DNA of 64,000 bases from Chrysomallon squamiferum (Eukaryota > Animalia > Mollusca). The stretch lies in NCBI GenBank assembly GCA_012295275.1, contig CM022667.1, positions 21,576,001 to 21,640,000 on the forward strand, given 5' to 3'. The notes under the pieces are model-generated. The model saw only the letters and a list, made by a program, of their open reading frames with translations, ran no database searches and was not told where the DNA came from. Made by a program: the position numbers and the translations under genes. Position 1 is the stretch's first letter, and each line of letters starts with the position of its first letter. Below, piece after piece: positions 41,901-54,703 of this stretch.

Positions 41901-42275
41901 TTATTTCCTTTTGCATTTTCTTCCAAGTTTTTTGGCATGTGTTAAAGCTGGAGTGCCTACAGAGAGAGATTTATCTGTATTGTAAATACAAGTTTTTTCT
42001 GACTGAAATTCACCTGGGTGATTTTTTTTCATGTGCCAGTTCAGTGCTGTGCGCTGTCGACATCGGTACTCACACAGCTCACAACAGTGTGGCTTCTGAT
42101 TTGTGTGAATGAGTAGATGAACTGAAAGATGCCCTTTGTGATAGAAGCTTATGTTACAGCCAGGCCAAGTGCATGGAAAGCATCAGTTTTTCAAATGTAC
42201 CATATTGGCGTGATTCCTTAGTTTAGGTTTAGCTTGGCAACTGTAATTACATCCTTCATATGGACAGGTGTACCT
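41901..42275 (-). pseudogene. Disrupted 3' end of the zinc-finger gene: three further C2H2 fingers out of frame
   Basis: Shifted frame reads RYTCPYEGCNYSCQAKPKLRNHANMVHLKN*CFPCTWPGCNISFYHKGHLSVHLLIHTNQKPHCCELCEYRCRQRTALNWHMKKNHPGEF...KKLGRKCKRK*. Frameshift near 42272-42284 and TGA at 42185-42183. Confidence 0.85.
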
Positions 42276-45200
42276 ATATATTTATTCCAAGATGGACAGA
42301 TTTGTAGTGAAGGTCCATGAAAAAATCTGCTTTGTACATGAGATTGCAGCCTTCAGATTTACAAGCTATTGTCTTCTCAGTGTGTTTTCTAATCACGTGT
42401 TGGTAAACACTTCTGGTTTTACACAATTCACCACATATATCACACAAACCATGGTATGATTGAGGAGCACCATGCACACTTGTCATATGAGCATTTAAAT
42501 CAGTATTGTATCGAAAGCTACTTCCACACTTGTAACAAAGTACAGGCTTTGCATTAGTTCTGGACATAATTAAATCATAGTGAGATGAAATATGTTGGTT
42601 GAAGTCAGTAGCTGTGGTTGATGTGTGTCCACACCAAGAACATTCTAATGATACGTTTTTAGAATGGGAGGATTTCACATGCCTGCTGACAGCAGCTTTT
42701 GTTTTTGATTTAAAGGTACATCCGGATACCAAGCAACAAAACTGACACAAACTGTTTAACACTTTGTGTTTTTTCATGTGATATTTTAAATCTTGAAACT
42801 TCACAAATCTGCTATCACAGTCTTGACAACAAAATTCATAATGAGTGTACATGTGGGCATTAGCATCCTCAAGATTTGAATGAACCTGTGGACAATAAGT
42901 ACATTCAGATTCATTGTCAGAGATCTTCACAACATAAGATACTGCAATATCATCAGCATGATCAATAACAGCATAAAAATCTTCATCAATATCAGTACTA
43001 ACAGCTTCACTTTCTTCAGCATCTTGCTTCTTCTCTCCAGTTATTTCCAAGTCTGATGGAAAGTAATCTTCATCATCTAAATGTTTTCTTTTACTCTTTT
43101 TCCTTTCACTAACTTTCTTTTCTTCATCTGACAAGTCATCAGCAAATGAATCATCCAGGGATTCAAATCCTGAAAAGCCATCATCTTTTATTTCTGCTTT
43201 ATCACAGTCTGTCTCAGTGTCGCTTTGAGACACTTCCTTCAATTCAGATTCATTAAAATTTTCCAAACAATTATTTTTCTTGGCCTTTTTATCACAAATA
43301 GCTTTGCTGGAGCATCCAGTGTCCGCTGTTATGGCTGTCTTCACATCACAGTACACAATGGACTTATCTGTGACCCTGACAAGACTTACTATAGAGGGCT
43401 TAATCTGCAGGTAGCTATGACAGCTGACTGTAGAAATATCAGTATGTGAATGGCTACGGTTTTCAGTTGCCACAGGATTAATATATGGATGACTACTGTT
43501 TTGTGCTTTGAGAGGATTAGTATTAGTATTGCTTACTATGGATGTTTCAGGATTTGGGTTGCTACTGTTAGAGACTATGGAAGGAGCAGTGTTTGGAAAA
43601 CTAGTGTTGACTATGGAAGGATCACTGCTGTTAGTGGTGGTCTGAATTTCATCACCAGATATTAAAGATACTTCACTGCTGTTGTTGATGTCATCACCTG
43701 ACAGGCTAGTAAAAAATAAAAACAAGCATCTTTCGTTAATAATTTTTATGTTCATTTGTAACATTATTGAGTACTGTATTACTAATCTGTATCCAACGTC
43801 TCAGATTGCTACCTAGTTCGAATAGAAATTCTATACTAAATTTTGATATGTCAATTATTTAAATATCTTTTCCTCCTCATATTAATTATCTAAGTTATGA
43901 TCATCTTAAAAAGAAACAATTTAAAATAAATAAATTTTAAAAAAATCAAATCTACAAAGCCAAATATTTTAAACTAATTTTAAGTACCTCTGGTCACTAA
44001 GTATTTCAAGCCTGTCTGCTTAATTTCCTATCCAAGTTGTTAAAATTCTCTAATTAACTTCCTCACTGTTATAAAAGTTTTGCATTAAGGATAAACAAGA
44101 ATGAAATTTAATTTTTTAAACAAACCTGAGTCTTGTAGATGGACAAGTTTCTTCAAGATCGGATATTCCAGTCTCAGATTTTAAACACACACCAGAAATT
44201 TCAGCTGGACTATAAAAATAAAAAAGAATTTACTGCAATTTCAAAATGATAACTCAAAAATAAAGAGAATAACAATAATATATAAACTGAAAATGTATGC
44301 CTCATTAGGATCCAATATCAGAACACAGTTTTAAATTACCATACACTGAATACAAAAAATTGAAACATATCAGTTTCTGTAAGCATTTAGAAACATGATG
44401 ACCAAAAAGTGAGTGATGCTTATAGCATTCTTGCAGTGTCCATATGCAACAAATTATGAATGTACTTTACTCTCTGTAGGAGAAACATCCTAATACTTAT
44501 TAAAATTTGTTTTTAATGTGATTGATGTTATTTAGTTGAGCTGTGTTTTCTGATGAGAATGTTTCAGTAAAGCAGACACATGTAAACTCACTTGACTTTT
44601 ACTTCACTCCCAGGACACAAGCTCTGTACTACTGCTGCTGGTGTTGAACTCTGTGTTTGATTAAACTGAATACAAACCTTTTTGTGTAAATGGTACTCTT
44701 CATAACTGGAGTGAAAAAAGAGAAAAGAATATAAAAATGAGAACAATCTCAAAACTTTAAATGTGGATAAAACCAAACAGTTAATTTTTTACATTTTTGT
44801 TAACGTAAACAATACTAAGATATCTTACAATACACCTGACCCCCTATCTGTGAACCAACACTTGTAAGAAAATGTTGACTTACTTGTGCTTGACGATGCA
44901 CTCATCAATTGTGTAACAACCATGCTGTGAATACATTTTTTCACATTATGTTTAGGTGTAATATGTACACTATTGGTTCTAATTTTATTAATGTTTTCTT
45001 TGAATTTGGATAATACAGATAGTGAACTGTAACAGTTCAGTGTTTAGCAGTCTAAGATGAGAATGTGCTATAAAATGCTGTTAAGTATTCTTTTAGCAGA
45101 TGCATAATAAATGTTCTTTTATTATTCTTCATAGTATGGAGGAATTATTAATTTTGAGTTAAAATGTGCCACTTTTTGTCTTTTCTTTAGTAACTGAAAT

Positions 45201-47020
45201 TGTTGTATCACCTGTAAAACATGTCTGCCCTTTATTTATAATGACTACAGATAACTGTAATCATCCAGACAATGATCTCACTCATGCTGTCAAACAAAGT
45301 ATGTTGCCAAATCAGAAAATGGTGTCCAACTGATGAAGTCAAGACAAAGCAAATCTTTGCAGATATTATGATGGGGACTGCAAAAACATTCACACCAGAG
45401 AAGATAAGTCAGACACCTTCAATCATGACAACAGAAACCAGAAATTTGACCCAAGAGTCAACCTCTGTTACACAACTTCAGCTTGCTGCTAAATGGATTA
45501 CCATTGAAGCAGAAGATAACAAATTCTTCTTTATCCACAAGTTTTGTCACCTTTGCCTCTGAAATTGGTCTGTCTGCATGAAGCTTCTTTGTATGACTAG
45601 CTATCTTCAAACAAGCAAACAAGTCTGCATCATCTGAGTACATCTTGGTGGATCTGCTAATCATCAGCTGATCAGTGAGGTATTTGCCCAAGCTGTCTTA
45701 CTCAAGTTGGCAACCATACAAGCCACATGCAGTGACTTTGCAGACAGTGAGACAACCAACCCATTGATGCTTGTAACATCTAAAGCATCTGGCACTAACT
45801 GTAAAAGGCTGATCAAAGGTTCTGTGGTAAGCTTGATGCCTTGCTGCATTGGATGATGTCTCTGCTGGAATGTACATTCAGAGTTGGAAGATTCATTGAA
45901 CCACCAGCACTCAGTGATTCTGATGGCTGTTTCACCAGCAATACAATTGCAAGACTCCTCAAGTCTGAAGCTGTTGCTCCTGCATCAGATTTAATGATAT
46001 CAAATATTTAATACTCAACTCCAAGATGTAAGTTAAACCTTTTAATGTTAAGATATTTTTATTAAACACGTTTGTATGCTGGATGTACGTAGTAGGTAGA
46101 TATACAGTCATCTTCTATATTCTGTTAAATTGGTTGAAGTTTTGTCTGCATTTGCAAAAGTGTTTGGGGTTTCATCTTGGACCCAAAACACTTGTTTCTA
46201 ACTGATATTCTTTCATTTTTATGTAAAAATATGGCAAAGATCTTTTTTGTTTCATTATTATTATTACATAAAGAACTTCCTTTTTAATTTTAATTTTAAT
46301 TTTTTTTTTATATTATTATTATTATTTTTATTTATTTATTATTATTATTATTATTATTTTTTTTTTTTTTTTTTTTTTTTTTTTGACAGGTTAATTTATT
46401 CTTTCTGAAATAGAAATATGTTTATTTTTCTTAGTTAACATTTGGAATATCATTATAAATTTGTATGTAAAAGAAAAAACAAATGTGAAACATTTCTTCA
46501 TGTCTAAAACATCTTAAGTTAACAGTATCTGACTGTTTTACGCAAATTTGCCTAGCTTTGATATATAGGAAATATGCAGATGTCAAGGTTCACGCATGCT
46601 CATATCCATCAGAAACAAGTGGGATAAAAAGGGATCGAGCGTAGGGTGTCTTCCCATTTGGTAGAATTCCCAGTTCGTATAATTCCCATTTCGTAGAAAA
46701 AGCTGGTTTACCGCAATACCTGATTACCTCTGTATATAATGAACTTGGCCTGTGCATACATCTGGTTTCTTTCTAACATTCAGAGGGGGAGCGCATTGTT
46801 CCTAAATCGATTATGTAACATCAACCGAAAGCAGAATAAGCACTCACTTTTGTTGTTGATTTGTTACTTTTTCATTATTTCATCATCTTCCTCCTTCTCA
46901 TTATCATCATCATAATTATCATCATCAACATTATTATTATTATTATAATATTATTACTATTATTATTGTTGTTATTATTATTATTATTGTTATTCTTCTT
47001 ATTCTTCTTATTATAATTAC

Positions 47021-47069
<49 letters not shown>

Positions 47070-48729
47070 TAAGGTGGTCATTTCTAATTCATAAACATTT
47101 CCTTTCCGTTACAAAACAAGCGACCAATAATAAACAATTTTACATCAATTTCATCTATCTATTAAAAAAAATAATAAATAAAGAAAAGAAAAGTAAAAAG
47201 CGGCACGATGTGTTTTTATTAATGCTTATGGCTTGCTTCTGTAAAAGAAAACGACAAAAATATTATAAATAACTAACATATTTTACATACGAGTAATTTA
47301 CTTATATTCAGTAAATAGAATATGTGAACGTTACATCTATCATTAACTGTTCGAATTCAACCATATTCAACTTAAACAGGTTCAAGATATCTGTTACTGA
47401 TCATATTTACGTTATGCACACATACATATTCAGATTGCGCACATATTATACAATATATCTGACATAGTATATTAATAGTATGTACACTAAAGATATTATG
47501 ACCTACAAATACTTTGGCTATGACTGAAAAAGTTTATACGAAGGACCAAATCATTGGGAATACTTTTAGATGAATACCTTCTTTTTTAATTATTTACATT
47601 CACTATATTCGATACATAGATTATTTCGATATTTGTCATATTTGCATACTTTATGCGATAAGCGATATCCATACTACAATAATACCTCAGATTAAAGATG
47701 TAATTGGTTCCAAATTTCCAATAGTGAAGTGAGGTATCGTTAAGCGAGAGACTAATTTACATAGAATTAAGGTTACTTTCACGCTGATGAGATCTGACAT
47801 AAAAAAAAAAAAAGGTGAAATATGGAGAAATAAAACGGCAGTTTAGACATAAATGATTTAATAGATTGTAGATATTAAGTAAACAGTAAATCATTTACAA
47901 ATCAATTTATACAAATACATTAAGAAATAATTATATGCCGCTCATTGTGGGTTTGGTTTCATTTAAGATAATGTATTTTGTTTTTAAAGTTATTGTCTTC
48001 CATTTCTTTTATCATGAGCATTTGCCAGTTTACTGTTATTCGTTTTGACATATTGGAAGAATAAATTTACAAACGAGTTTAAGTCTAAATCGAAGCAGAA
48101 AACAAAAGAGAATCAGAATATCAGATGCACGTATGACGTATCAACTGATCAACACAGCTGAGAGAAGCTCGTGAATGAACGAAAAATTAAAGAAAACGGA
48201 CATAAAAACATGCATTGTATACATTTGTATCATTTATTTCGAGCAATTAACTATTAAATTAAATTTCTATTTATATAATTTGTAAAGAAGAAAGATTGTT
48301 AAAGCGTGATATCGTTAAGCGAGATGTTACTGTATTTATACAATAATAATCGCTTTCCAAATAATCTGGAGCAGTTCATTATAATGACTGAGGTAAAACC
48401 AAGCATGTCAATAAGACCACTGAACCACATTTAGCCTTTCTACCATATGGGACTCTACCATATGGGACTAAGCCAGCGTGAGACTACTAGAACATTAGTA
48501 TTTTGCGATACCTGTCGAGCAGCAGCGTTGCCATTTGGAGATCTGTTTGCAATCCGGCCGCCTTCTTTGCAGCTTCCCATCGTCCCATTTCAAACGATAT
48601 TGTCACTCGTGTTCTAATATATTTCTTGTTTAGTGCTGCTTTTCTACGCTTTCTTTCACTCGGAGTTAATTGGGGTTTAGGACCCGGTCTTTTTAGATTT
48701 TTACCGCCACAATTTACATCATCAGCCAT
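42274..48729 (-). CDS. C2H2 zinc-finger protein, ZFP91/ZNF692/ZNF653-like, C-terminally truncated in this sequence
   Basis: Exons 48729-48512 (RKRRKAALNKKYIRTRVTISFEMGRWEAAKKAAGLQTDLQMATLLLD, resembling the ZNF692/653 N-terminal motif ending LLD[RS]Y), 44705-44592, 44209-44126 and 43705-42274, with all junctions in phase 2. An acidic region is followed by seven C2H2 fingers before TAG at 42274. Confidence 0.8.
46645..48474. mobile_element. Non-autonomous DNA transposon with tandem subterminal repeats in zinc-finger intron 1
   Basis: Left end GGTGTCTTCCCATTTGGTAGAATTCCCAGTTCGTATAATTCCCATTTCGTAGAA and right end TTCTACCATATGGGACTCTACCATATGGGACTAAGCC carry inverted copies of the same unit. Flanks AGCGT-AG and AGCGTGAG look like an ~8-bp target duplication. 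Confidence 0.6.
47677..48332. mobile_element. Tc1/mariner-pogo-type MITE nested within the previous element
   Basis: TA|CAATAATACCTCAGATTAAAGAT ... ATCGTTAAGCGAGATGTTACTG|TA imperfect TIRs, plus an internal subterminal copy TATCGTTAAGCGAGA at about 47735. Confidence 0.55.
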
Positions 48730-51700
48730 GATAATAATTTTTCAACGCTAGCGCCAGAACTGAGGTTACGCATGCTTGATGATACACCGGGAATAATAAT
48801 GATGATAATTATTATTATCGCGTAAAACAAAATTGCTCGTAGAGGCCATTTTATTGGAGATTCACCTATTTATTTATTTATTTATTTATTTGTTGGTTTA
48901 TTGGTAATCCGTATTAAGGTCGACTATCCATGTCATGTAGTACATGCATATTAATGTTTGATTTCCACTAGTGCGCAGTTAAGATCAATAAGTTATCACC
49001 ATTTCTTTTTCAAGTTTAAACACTTGTGACGGAACCTCATTAGTGCCTTTTTGCCAGACTTGTTTTTAATTTTAATTTGGTTTTCTTTGTAATGAATTAT
49101 AGAAATCCCCAAAATCTTTATTTTTATATGTCCATGTAAAGCAGAATGTCTGCTACCTGTTACCTTAAATATCTTATTATATTACGGTAACATTTATTTA
49201 GCTATCTTGTATAATCATGTTTATAATTTATATTTTTATAGTTCTTAATTGTTTACCTAATCAATGACAGAAAATGGAGATATATACACAAAAACTGAAT
49301 AGCAGAGCGTATACAGACGTACATGGGCTATTTAGAAGTTGTATTATATTAATTAGGGGAAGTTCTGTTATTTAATAAACTAAGAAACACTGGGGTTTAA
49401 CAAACTCAAAATTCGCAAGGATATCTGCAGAGGTGAAGTTCGAACACTGGAGCGATGGGTATGTAAGTAGCGGCACGCTTTTTGAACGGGATCTCTTTGA
49501 TCAGTAACCTTGGAAGTCTTTGTGCGCCGTCTGCACAATACAAAGGAAAACGCAGACAATGGTAAATGTTTTGTATTTGTAACATACATACTGAATGATT
49601 TAAGATACATATTGAATGATTTAAACCTATTATTTTTATGATGTAATTCTGTGGTACGTACTTACGTTTATAATACACGTTCATGTATTTTAATAATTAA
49701 AAAGAGTATTTAGAAAGATCAAGTAACCGACTGGTCTGAATTAGTTTTGTTTTATTTGTCAACGCTTTTTGCTTTGATAATGTATCGTCGAACTGTATGA
49801 TTTAACTATATAACTATATTATATATTACCCTTTAGGGTTAATTTGTGTAAACTGCATGTGTATATATAAAACAGTTATCCACACTGAATTCATGTCTGT
49901 GCTATTGGTCTCTAGTGGATACAGAATAATCATTTAGTAGTTTAAGCTGTCTCAGATAGTTAACACTTTGTCACGTGACGCTATTATATAGTCTGCTACC
50001 CTTTAGACGGAATGAGCCAAAATATAGGTAGTAATACGACTCAGACTAGTCACCGTGACAACACTAACCCTTGTTAGAAGAGATTTAAGCAGTATTAAAC
50101 GTTTCGTTCTTTTTCTGCTGCTCGTTCAGATAATAAAAAGTCATATGTTCAATGATGAATTACCAAACTGTCCAAATAGGTTGAACTTGCACGGTTTGGT
50201 GCCTGGGTGTTTGGCGATTGCAGTATGCGGGCTCTCCTGCTTCGACAAACACAATACTCCCAGAATTCACTGCGATGCCGTCTTTAAAAATATCGTAAAA
50301 TGTTGTCATACATCATACAGCAATACCATTTTGAAGAAAATAAGTCAGAAAGCTTTAGCTGTGGAATAATAATAATAATAAATGCTATCCGTGTATTTGA
50401 TCTAATGAACATATCCACTGAAAAACAATCAACTCTGAAATAGGTGGTCCCTCTTCTCGGGGGCGGTTAAGACAGGAAACGCTTTATTTCAATGTATCCT
50501 GATGAGTAATCCGCAAGGGTTATTCGATTGTACCCGGACGAATAGATATGCACAGGTTATTCATCCGGATAAAGTTGTATAGTCTCGAATTAACTACGGT
50601 TTCTAGCAATTCGTAAAAATTTCATTTTATTTTACTTGTATTTGAAACCATCTAATTAGAAAATATTTCTGTTTCTATATCGGTTTTCTTTATATAATAA
50701 AGTTAAATTCTGCCATTTATGAGTACCTCCGAGTTAATCGTTTTTAATTTCGCTCAGTCATTTTACAAATATTTAAGAAATATCTTGTATATCATACCTG
50801 ACCTCAAATACCTTTGATTATTTTTTGAATTACTATACTAATGCTACATAATAAATTATATAGTAATAAAATTTTAAAATAATATTAACAACAACAATAA
50901 TAATAATAATGATGAAATAAATTAATAAACGATAACAACAATAAGAATAATAATATAAACAAATGAATGAATGAAACCTTACTGTAGATTCACCGAGCTG
51001 TCATGGACAGGCAGACTATCAGTATTCCTGACATTCATTAATTCACACCATTGTTTTTGATGTAACTGATATTATGACTGTTACAATAATTATGTTTTCC
51101 CATATTTAACAGTAATATACTCGACATAAACTTAAAACGTTATGACAGAAATTTATTATTTTTCATAATAGTGAAAAAGAAAGTAATAATAATTTTCAAA
51201 AAGAAAAAGATAAACATTTGGAAATATTCTTCTGCTTCTTCTTTCTTCTTATACTGTTGTTGTTGTAGTTATTATTCAGATTCTTGCCTGAGTCAGTAAC
51301 CATGACTATGAAATATGTGATCACGCTGAGATTATAAACTGCTAATCTGGCGGAAGACCAGGAATTGCGTGCACGAAGTGAAAAGTGGAAACTAATCGGA
51401 GTCTGCAGTCCACCAGTGATTTATGTAAGTAGAAACTCGGTGTAGGAATTTACGAATGTTCTCTACAGTGTATGTGTAAGTATTATAGTTACAGATATTG
51501 ATGTATTGATAAAAAAAAAAAAAAAAAAAAAAAAAACAGTCTCGAGAATTGTTCTATAGGGAAATAATTTTATAGGTAATATTACATAAATATGTGTATC
51601 AATGCATGAACTAACGAAAAAGTCTGTTTAGAAATGATATATCGATAAATGCAGATCCGAATACTGTGAACAAAGCTCTTTATTTTTAGAACATTTTGAA

Positions 51701-54700
51701 ACTGAAAGAGTTATGACTTATGTTAGGTTAAGCTTTTGCCGCTGTGACAAGCAAGGCAAAAAAACGTATCTGAAGGGCACTACTTGCGCAGTCAGATTGC
51801 TTCGCAGTTGATAATTTCAGATTAGTTAAGCTATAAATTCTTTTGTTCAATGAGTTTAAATTACTGACTGTAAGGCTATATTATTAAACTGGGTCTGGAA
51901 TTTTCACTGATTTAGAGTTATTTTAAATGAATTACTATCAGTTTCCGAAAAAAAAAAAAAATAATAATAATAATAATAATATATATATATATATGTCTGA
52001 ATTTTATCATCGCATCGTTCTAAACCAATGGAGTAAAAACAGACGATAATTTGAAATTTATCACACAAATACAAATATATACAGACTATTTCAATGAATA
52101 CATAACTGAAAAAAAACAAAGTTTGGTAAAATATATATGCAGTGATTCAGTATTAAAACGTATTTGTTATAGTTAATGCTGCACACCTTACTTCATCCGT
52201 ACATTCATCATCGACCACTCAACTTCAAGTTGCCGTTGGGCATCGTGTTAACTATGTTACTGTCAGGCTGGCGTTAGCGCCTTGTTTCATATATCACACT
52301 GAGCTGACACATACTGGGAAAGATGCAGGCACGTTCACAGATACGTACATATTAATATTAATATAGGCTATGCGAAAATGTGCTTGTCCGCGTACATGTT
52401 TTTATGCTTTTGGTTCATGAATGCGTTCCGAATGCCAATGCCGTTTATAATGATATTGTAAGAGCTGCTATAAATCTAGGCAAAGATTAGTTTATTTGTT
52501 TTCTCTGTTTCTCTCACTTTCTTATAAAGTTTATATGATACAGCGAAAATCTTTTCAGATCACATTTGTGGCAGGTATTTTGCTATCTGAGATGTATGAA
52601 ATAAAACGTTAAAAAACCTTCTAAAGAAATGATTTGTTTTAGAACCGTTATCAACCAGTTTTCATATGTTAAATGACTTTAATAGATCAAATTTCATTCT
52701 ATTTATTTAAACATCAGCATTATGGAACATTATTAATAGGAATATTCTGACAGACAGTCATATTTATATATTCACATGATCAAAATAAATATTTATCGAT
52801 TAATAACTGAATTGAACGACACTCATTTTGTCATTTTCCGCTTTCTGAATTATTTTATTTCCATTAAAAAATGTTTAAAATGTAACAAAGAAAAGAACAA
52901 GAAAAAATAAAATTAATAATTAGTGCATCATATCAACCCTTACAGGAACTGATGACAATGAATGCTTGACCATCAACACGTCGCCTGACTTTTCAAGGTA
53001 ATTTCTCGAAATACAGTATCCATCATTAGTTGTCATTAGTTGTTGTAAAGAATTGATTACATTATTATTAATCATCCATAATAGATTATACAGTCTCCAC
53101 AAACACATTCTTCAAAAACTAAACAAAAGGTAGCAGAAAGCGTTGACATCGCTTGAGTACTTTTACGATGTAGTCAGATGAGCAGAACAGTCGTATAGTG
53201 AAGATAATTGTTCCATATGTTTGTTTATCCAGTGATTTAGAAGTCAGTTCAAAATGTGTTCACACTAACGTCTCTTGTTAACGAGTCTTACTAAGATATA
53301 TAAGATTTTTACTGAAAGGCTAGTTCAGGTGTCAGTGGTTGCAGCATCCAAAATCTTTTAACATATCTCCTTTTCTTTTAAAAGAAGAAAAAAAGTATTA
53401 TTTCTGCTGTCATTCAGTGCGAAGAGATTATAAGAGTATGTTTTTTTTTACCCGTAAAATGAGCATATCTAAACAAAATCTTAATAGTTTTGTCGCGACC
53501 ACCTTGCCCATATGAAATATGAGCTACATAAAAATATCGTATGTGTCATCAGTGTTGACAAAGTATACTCGTTGTTCATGGTGGAGTATTTTGTAACGGC
53601 GTGTAATGTCTTAACTACACTCTATAGTTTCCTTTTAATTCGGACATCTACTATGGGAAATTTTCTTTTTTCTTCATCAGCACTGACTTGGCACCAATGG
53701 CCTTCTTTGTAGGAATTAATTTCTAAAATAAACAACTATCATCTCTGCTCAGCAGTGATTTACGCAAAGAAAACCACACTTCACTCTGGCGTCTGTAGCT
53801 AAACTACTCACCGCATTAACAGATTAACATCAAAAGTTAACATCGCACAACTTCATTGCTATTTATCTTATTACTGACACAGCTAATAACTGATTGGTGG
53901 AGAAAGTAAAAATGTAAATAATATTTTAAAATATAGGCTACATTTTCATTAACTATTAAACAAACTATCGTTGTATGCTGCAGCCACTTTGACAGGTAGA
54001 ATATATAAAATTATCATATTCAAAGCGTTGTTACATCTATCACTCGAGTTTTGTTGACATTTACTTTAAAAAAACTTTGCTAAGTAAAGCGCATTCTCTG
54101 CCTTATAATTACGTTAATATAGGTTAATGCAACACTTCAAGACAAATAACAATAATAACAATAATAATAATAATAATAATAACAATAACAATAACAATAA
54201 CAACAACAACAACAGCAGCAGCAATAATAATAACAATAATAAATGCCATCATTCTGAAAATTACTTTTTTCTTTTCCGAAATATCTGAGTGAAAGATCAA
54301 ATAAATTATAAAATAAATAAATAAGAGAAAAAAAAAGAAAAGAAAAAAAAAGAAATAACCTGTAAAACCATATTTATACAAATAATTTTTAAATTCCTAT
54401 CAACAAGTGTGTATATACAATTTACAACATAACGTGATCTTTGATACGTCAGGAATAGCGCAATAACAAGAGGCGACCAATCTTCCGAAGAACACTTCTG
54501 TTATTGTTTTCCTTGACATGAACAAGAAACACTTGAGATATTTTAATTAGATTCAAATACCCGTCTCACCCTTATCGTGTTTGTTTTCATAGAGATATCA
54601 ACGACTTCAGTGATTAGTTTTTATCAACCCATAAAAGCAAAGTTAATACAATGTGAGTGATAACTCTTGCAGAGCCCCGTGTTATCTCTGACCCTGTCCC

Positions 54701-54703
54701 AAC

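Noticed and set aside
42183-42185. In-frame TGA as selenocysteine or programmed readthrough
   Set aside because: It falls at the linker Arg/Lys position, not a Cys ligand, and lies downstream of a frameshift; CGA>TGA decay is simpler.
44884-44924. 41-nt exon-like segment (CAG|...|GTAAGT) in zinc-finger intron 1
   Set aside because: Inclusion between phase-2 exons shifts the frame, while skipping restores the LLD-S-Y motif. Not modelled as coding, though a poison exon cannot be excluded.
46875-47081. Poly-Asn/Ile/Met ORFs (also 31816-32040, 54124-54381, 13998-14246)
   Set aside because: Translations of (AAT)n/(ATC)n/(AAC)n microsatellites.
48505-48511. Zinc-finger intron 1 donor GTATCGC as a second U12 intron
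   Set aside because: Lacks the CCTT/CTTT extension, and the acceptor at 44706 has a normal polypyrimidine tract with no CCTTRAC branch point.
50055-50369. 104-aa plus-strand ORF upstream of SLC7A9
   Set aside because: Non-ATG start, no recognisable domain or splice linkage; more likely part of a repeat-derived CpG-rich block.
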